Source of the DNA: an uncultured bacterium | Lineage (GTDB): Bacteria; Patescibacteriota; Doudnabacteria; UBA920 | Length of the DNA: 63,147 bases | NCBI GenBank assembly: GCA_963749445.1 | Contig: CAVVMJ010000008.1 | Span: forward strand, 1-63,147 | Direction: 5' to 3' | Part shown: positions 58,655-63,147 of the stretch, piece by piece | Numbering within the stretch: position 1 is the first letter of the stretch | Layout: every line of letters starts with the position of its first letter | Translations under genes and position numbers: made by a program | Notes under the pieces: model-generated | The model's input: the letters and a program-made list of their open reading frames with translations, nothing else | The model's database searches: none | What the model was told of the DNA's origin: nothing

Positions 58655-58924
58655 ATGGGGGGACTTATGTCCTTGTCGTATTTGTTGATGAAGTGCGCCA
58701 CCTTGGCGGGTGGCAAGATGAGACCGGTCGTGGCATCGGGGGCGGGAAGGAATCTTGCCCCGCAAGATGACATCCGGGCACAGAGGGCTAATTTGAAGTT
58801 AGCGCTCCTCCTGGCGGCGGCAGTGCTTTCTATCGGCCCGATTGCCGTAGGGTGGCCGTTGAAAGCCACTGGTTACATTCAGGCAGCTTGGCACTGGTTC
58901 CGCTGCCTGGTGTGGGGATGTTAG
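58655..58924 (+). CDS. small membrane protein (89 aa)
   Basis: One TM helix (LKLALLLAAAVLSIGPIAVGW). GC-rich, with an overlapping antisense ORF, so the call is uncertain. Confidence 0.3.
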   Translation: MGGLMSLSYLLMKCATLAGGKMRPVVASGAGRNLAPQDDIRAQRANLKLALLLAAAVLSIGPIAVGWPLKATGYIQAAWHWFRCLVWGC

Positions 58925-59071
58925 CTTTTGAAGGAGGGGTTTTTGAGGGGATTTTCATAAGGGGGCGGCGCAATTATAATCAGTATATTTTTGCATTTAT
59001 CCGCCCCTAGTAGTTTTTCTTCCAAATTTGTCCATCTGCCTAAGGCAGGCGGGTAGGTTTGGGAGGAGATC

Positions 59072-59260
59072 ATGAGCTTTTTGGATATGTTGCAGCAGTT
59101 TTGGGCGGCGTTCTGGCCGCTGATTGTTGGAGTGCTGTTGGCAGCCGTTGCCATCGGCACGGTCGTCGTCAGGTCAATTAAGGTTGACATGGAAAGCGAC
59201 GAAGTGAAACCGGAAGGCGCTGGTAAGCAAGGCAATTCGGCGCTGTGGTATCATTTCTGA
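59072..59260 (+). CDS. small membrane protein (62 aa)
   Basis: GGGAGGAG 4 nt before the ATG. One TM helix. Confidence 0.5.
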   Translation: MSFLDMLQQFWAAFWPLIVGVLLAAVAIGTVVVRSIKVDMESDEVKPEGAGKQGNSALWYHF

Positions 59261-59268
59261 AAGGAGGG

Positions 59269-59454
59269 ATGATGGACTACAGAGTCCATATATTTGTCAT
59301 AATCGCCATTGTCATATTGGCGATCTTTGTCCCTTCGATTTGGTTTCTTGTGAGGTTTTTGTTTCAGTTCGTCATAGGCTGTTTTTTAAAGCCTATACTT
59401 TACAAGGGACAAACTTACGAAGAGTGGCATACGCGGCATGAGCGGGGAGAGTGA
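59269..59454 (+). CDS. small membrane protein (61 aa)
   Basis: AAGGAGGG before ATGATG. Two TM helices. Confidence 0.5.
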   Translation: MMDYRVHIFVIIAIVILAIFVPSIWFLVRFLFQFVIGCFLKPILYKGQTYEEWHTRHERGE

Positions 59455-59692
59455 CTGTTATGTTTTACTCAACCCGCTCCGCACCCCTTAAAATAAAACC
59501 CTCACCCTAACCCTCTCCCAGAGGGAGAGGGGAATAATATTTTCTTTTTTGCAATCCGTCGGTGATGTGTTGGTCGTGATAGTTATCGTAAGATAAACAT
59601 CAGGGACAACATCCTGTCATCATCGGCGGGTTGGAGGATGGAAAGCAAACAATTAACAATTGACGATTAACGATTAACGCTGGTGGTCAAAG

Positions 59693-59721
59693 TTGACGAA
59701 AAGCCTTTGTTTAGCTATAAT
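59693..59721 (+). promoter_or_regulatory. sigma70-like promoter of rpmF
   Basis: TTGACG-17 nt-TATAAT. Confidence 0.55.
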
Positions 59722-59816
59722 TTGTTTAATTCATCAGCTAATCAAGAAATTCACCTTTCGACTCGGTTCACAGGCGAACCTCGCTCAAGGTAAATTTTTT
59801 ATCGGATAAAAAATTT

Positions 59817-59987
59817 ATGGGAGTTCCAAAAAAACATAAAACCAGAAGCGGACGCGACCAGCGCAGGAGCCATGACGCGTTAAGCAAAATTTCGTTCGCC
59901 GTTTGCAAAAACTGCGGCGGCTCAACCATGCCGCACTTGCCGTGCAAAAATTGCGGATTTTATAAGGGCCGTAAAATTACAAAATAA
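59817..59987 (+). CDS. rpmF: 50S ribosomal protein L32
   Basis: MGVPKKHKTRSGRDQRRSH plus CxxC...CxxC. 56 aa, so below the track cutoff. Confidence 0.85.
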   Translation: MGVPKKHKTRSGRDQRRSHDALSKISFAVCKNCGGSTMPHLPCKNCGFYKGRKITK

Positions 59988-60002
59988 ATTTTGTAATTTT
60001 AT

Positions 60003-60126
60003 AAACTCTAAACTCTAAACTCTAAATTATAAACAAATCATAAACGTTATAAATTTTAAAGTTTAAACCGTTTGTGATTTGAAATTTAGTGTTTGTTTAG
60101 TTTTTAGAGGTTTAGAATTTAGATTT
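60003..60126. repeat. word-hairpin (CTCTAAA / TTTAGAG words)
   Basis: Lies between the rpmF stop and the nusB ATG (60138). Words are shared with 31739..31880. Confidence 0.65.
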
Positions 60127-60137
60127 TATTTACATTT

Positions 60138-60596
60138 ATGGCAAATAGGCATCTATCCAGAACCATTGCCATGCAATCGCTGTTTGAATGGGATTTTAAG
60201 GGTAGGCAGGAACCGCTGGACGGCATTGTCAAAAACAACCTTTCCGAGTTCGGGCATAATTTGGATGATGCCGGTTTTGTCAAACAGCTGGCCGGAGGCG
60301 TGGCCGAGCATCTGGACGAAATAGACCAAATTATTGCCAAGACCGCGCCGGAATGGCCGATTGAGCAGATTGACGGCGTGGACCGCGCCGTGCTACGCTT
60401 GGGCATTTACGAGCTGATGTTTTTAAGGGATGTGCCGCCCAAAGTGGCCATTAACGAAGCCGTGGAGCTGGCTAAAACTTTCGGCGGAGAATCATCTGGA
60501 AAATTTTTAAACGGCGTGCTCGGTACGCTGTTTAAGCAGATGTTCCCCGATGCCGGAGCCGGCGAAGCCATCCCCGCGGCAAACGAAGAGAAATAA
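60138..60596 (+). CDS. nusB: transcription antitermination factor NusB
   Basis: [13 protein letters not shown] and INEAVELAK motifs. Confidence 0.85.
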   Translation: MANRHLSRTIAMQSLFEWDFKGRQEPLDGIVKNNLSEFGHNLDDAGFVKQLAGGVAEHLDEIDQIIAKTAPEWPIEQIDGVDRAVLRLGIYELMFLRDVPPKVAINEAVELAKTFGGESSGKFLNGVLGTLFKQMFPDAGAGEAIPAANEEK

Positions 60597-60599
60597 AAT

Positions 60600-60631
60600 T
60601 TCCTTTTTATCACATATGTGATAAAAAGGAA
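60600..60631. repeat. perfect 32-bp palindrome, family F copy 2
   Basis: TTCCTTTTTATCACAT|ATGTGATAAAAAGGAA. Confidence 0.85.
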
Positions 60632-60651
60632 GAATTTAAGGCAAAACGCAA

Positions 60652-61317
60652 ATGAAATACCAAAAAATTGCGGGATTAATCCGCGAAGCCAACCCGCGCA
60701 AAGGAAAATTTGAAATTAGCAGTAACCAGCTGGAGTCCTTGCGTACCGCCGCAGATATGGCTTTGGCAATAATCGCGGTAGCGGGGATTATTACCGTATC
60801 GGCGGTTGTCCCCAACCTTTTGGCGGCTTTGGGAAAATTGTTTACGCAAAAAAATCCCGGCCGGCGTTATTTGCGCCGGGAGAAAGAACAAAAAGCCGCG
60901 CGAGCTTTTTATTATTTGCGCAAGAAAAATTACATCGCCTTCAAAAAAGACGGCCCGGACTTTAAGGTTTTTTTGACCGCTTTGGGCCGGAAAAAATCCG
61001 ACAGCTTGGCTTTTAAAATCCTGCAGCCGTCCAAAAGCCCGAAATGGGACGGCAGGTGGTGGCAGGTAGCGGCCGATATTCCCACAAAGGAGTACCGCTG
61101 GGCCGCGGATTTATTCCGCAACAAGCTCAAGGATATGAAATTTTACCCCCTGCAAAGGACGCTGTGGTTTTATCCCTTTGATCCGCGCGCGGAAATAGAA
61201 TTTATTGTCGGGCATTACGGTATCTCCCGGTTTGTCACGGTGATGGAGATAATTGGTTTGGATAGGGAAGACGAGCAAAAGATGAAAGAACATTTTGTCC
61301 TCGCCGGCGTTTTATAA
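60652..61317 (+). CDS. membrane-anchored PaaX-like / Cas2-fold-like domain protein
   Basis: A TM helix, then a wHTH-like segment, then WDGRWWQVAADIP..R..LFRNKLKDMKFYPLQRTLWFYPFD. Confidence 0.5.
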   Translation: MKYQKIAGLIREANPRKGKFEISSNQLESLRTAADMALAIIAVAGIITVSAVVPNLLAALGKLFTQKNPGRRYLRREKEQKAARAFYYLRKKNYIAFKKDGPDFKVFLTALGRKKSDSLAFKILQPSKSPKWDGRWWQVAADIPTKEYRWAADLFRNKLKDMKFYPLQRTLWFYPFDPRAEIEFIVGHYGISRFVTVMEIIGLDREDEQKMKEHFVLAGVL

Positions 61318-61326
61318 GCAGATTAA

Positions 61327-61368
61327 ATTTTATTCCTTTTTTTCACATATGTGAAAAAAAGGAATAAA
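61327..61368. repeat. perfect 42-bp palindrome, family F copy 3
   Basis: TTTTATTCCTTTTTTTCACAT|ATGTGAAAAAAAGGAATAAAA. Confidence 0.85.
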
Positions 61369-61430
61369 ATTATTTGTAAACTGTCGGAGTTTATAAGAGT
61401 TTATAAGAGTTTATAAAAAATGCTTTGTTG

Positions 61431-61460
61431 TTGACAGATTTTTAAAAGCTTTGCTATAGT
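61431..61460 (+). promoter_or_regulatory. sigma70-like promoter
   Basis: TTGACA-18 nt-TATAGT. Confidence 0.5.
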
Positions 61461-61483
61461 AAGGGTGAAATTAAAATACCCTT

Positions 61484-63147
61484 ATGAAAATAAACATAAG
61501 ATTGATGGCGTTAGTCTTTTGCGCGGCTTTAGTGTCGGGCTTTTTTGTTATCGGGTTTTTTAGCATTGCCCGCGCCGACGCGAACCATCTGGTCATTAGC
61601 CAGGTGCAGATTGCCGGAGCGAGCGTGGATGATGAGTTTGTCGAACTGTACAACCCGACCGGATTAGATATTGACTTAAACGCTTTGCCGCTGCATTTGC
61701 ATATTTTAAACAGTAATCATACCGATAAAGACAAGACTCTGAATTTTGCGCATAATATCATATCAAGCAGGGGATATTTTCTTATTGGTCTTGCCGAGGG
61801 CTATACCGGTGCGGTAAGTTTGGATGCTACTTATGCCACATCCTCTTCTTCCACCAATAAATTGGTATCTGACGGCGGAGTGTACATTTCGGCCAGCCCA
61901 GTTTTGGACGCAACATCAAGCATTGATAAGCTGGGTTGGGGAAACCAGTCGGCCGGAGGCTTTGCCTATTCAACGACCACCAATCCGAGTTCAGGAAAGT
62001 CTTTAGCCAGAAAGTTTACTAATGGCGAAATTTTGGACGATGGCGTTTTTGCGGATGATTTTGTTTTAATTGCATCTAACCCACATAATTCGAGTGTTAC
62101 ATCGGCCGCAGATTTAAATATACCAGACATTGTTCCAGGATCGCCTTCGACGACAACGACACCGCCGGCAGCCAGCACCACTTATCCGGCCACAATTACC
62201 ATCAGCGAAATTTTGGCCAATCCGGTTGGAACGGATGAAGGGAATGAGGCGGTGGAGTTGTTTAACAGCGGCACCAGCACGGTGGATTTGTCGGGATGGT
62301 TTTTAAGCGATAACCACGGCGTAGCTTCGGCTTACCAGCTGCCGACGTCCACGCAAATATCCGCGGGTGGATTTCTGGCGGTTGTGATCCCGACAGGGAA
62401 TTTTTCATTGACCAACAGCGGCGATACCGCGAATTTGTATTATCCCGACCAGACTTTGGCGGACTCCGTCACTTACACGGACAATGCGCCGGAAGGCTGG
62501 GGCTGGCAAAATGTCGGCGGGAGTTGGATGTGGGCGCCACAAACTTTGGGCTTGCCCAATGCCGCGCCGCCGCCGGCTCAGCAATCATCGGGAGGCGGCG
62601 GCGCGCCTGCCGAAAGCTACAATAATTCATCAGGCAACTATTTTTTTAACGGCAGCTATGCCACCAGTGTTATCATCTCGGAGTTTTTAGTTAACCCGAC
62701 CGGTGATAACTCGGGCAAACAATGGGTGGAATTGTACAACACGACTAATGCCACGACCAGCGTGGCCGGCTGGAAACTGGATGATCAGGGCAGTAATAAT
62801 TTGCCCGGATCCACGGCTTACGTTTTGCCGAGCAGCGCGCAAATCGGGCCTTTGGGTTTTTTGCAAATTGCGATTCCGGCCGGTAAGTTTTTATTAAACA
62901 CTACCGGCGACACTTTAAGGTTTTTTCGGCCGGATAACAGTCTGGCGCAAAGCGTAAGTTTTAAGAACGCGCCGGAAGGGCAGAGCTACAGTATGGGCAG
63001 CAAAGACCAATGGTCGTTTGGCGCGCCGACGCCCGGGGAAATTAACGCCCAAGACCGGCCGCTGTCCGAGGTTTTCATCAGCGAGCTTTTGCCCAATCCC
63101 GCGGGCGACGACGAGGAATTCGTGGAACTTTATAATCCCGCTAAAAA
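61484..63147 (+). CDS. secreted multi-lamin-tail-domain (LTD) surface protein, 3'-truncated by the window end
   Basis: Signal/anchor MKINIRLMALVFCAALVSGFFVIGFF. Four repeats of the LTD-type start IS(Q/E)..(N)P.G.D..(E/Q).VEL(Y/F)N. Open to the last base, and not in the track because it has no stop. Confidence 0.75.
   Translation, partial: MKINIRLMALVFCAALVSGFFVIGFFSIARADANHLVISQVQIAGASVDDEFVELYNPTGLDIDLNALPLHLHILNSNHTDKDKTLNFAHNIISSRGYFLIGLAEGYTGAVSLDATYATSSSSTNKLVSDGGVYISASPVLDATSSIDKLGWGNQSAGGFAYSTTTNPSSGKSLARKFTNGEILDDGVFADDFVLIASNPHNSSVTSAADLNIPDIVPGSPSTTTTPPAASTTYPATITISEILANPVGTDEGNEAVELFNSGTSTVDLSGWFLSDNHGVASAYQLPTSTQISAGGFLAVVIPTGNFSLTNSGDTANLYYPDQTLADSVTYTDNAPEGWGWQNVGGSWMWAPQTLGLPNAAPPPAQQSSGGGGAPAESYNNSSGNYFFNGSYATSVIISEFLVNPTGDNSGKQWVELYNTTNATTSVAGWKLDDQGSNNLPGSTAYVLPSSAQIGPLGFLQIAIPAGKFLLNTTGDTLRFFRPDNSLAQSVSFKNAPEGQSYSMGSKDQWSFGAPTPGEINAQDRPLSEVFISELLPNPAGDDEEFVELYNPAK

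Noticed and set aside
61388-61417. Tandem AGTTTATAAG x3 and the many other short direct word repeats were considered as possible CRISPR or mini-CRISPR arrays.
   Set aside because: The units are 7-10 nt and contiguous or mirrored, with no unique spacers of 25-40 nt. No cas genes are present. They belong to the word-hairpin phenomenon instead.

Overview
The gene content of this 63-kb window looks like a small-genome Patescibacteria/CPR-type bacterium. This is inferred from gene content only; no database search was run. Positions ~1.5-8.8 kb form an AT-richer, minus-strand accessory or defence-like island. It holds an MmeI-type IIL restriction-modification enzyme, PD-(D/E)xK-like and GIY-YIG-like nuclease ORFs and a retropepsin-like protease pair. 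It is preceded by a short GC-richer two-ORF block. The rest is housekeeping: a pilin, an AbrB-HlyD-MacB-FtsX-FtsX exporter operon, ndh, topA, capA, dprA, pth, der, an LCP protein, lepB, hisS, HIT, rpsU, yqeY and ftsA-ftsZ. nrdR-nrdJ is followed by a cobalamin adenosyltransferase, a B12-binding-like lipoprotein and a membrane protein. Then come comEC, a cyclophilin, ndk, rel, mutM, groES-groEL, rpmF, nusB and a 3'-truncated multi-LTD surface protein. I saw no rRNA, no intact tRNA and no CRISPR array. Two things dominate. (1) There are at least 35 reading-frame breaks, many at short homopolymers, in essential and accessory genes alike. The most likely cause is assembly indels, so these genes are called as CDS with the breaks noted. 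(2) The window carries an unusually heavy load of small structured repeats. These include long hairpins whose arms are tandem 7-10-nt words and which fill whole intergenic spacers from stop codon to start codon. There are also at least three multi-copy hairpin families, a 107-bp MITE-like family, double-hairpin elements inserted in frame into der, capA and mutM, a 123-nt palindromic element in frame in a membrane protein, and perfect 32-42-bp palindromes bracketing one gene. Repeat coordinates are accurate to about +/-3 nt. All product calls rest on motifs read by eye.
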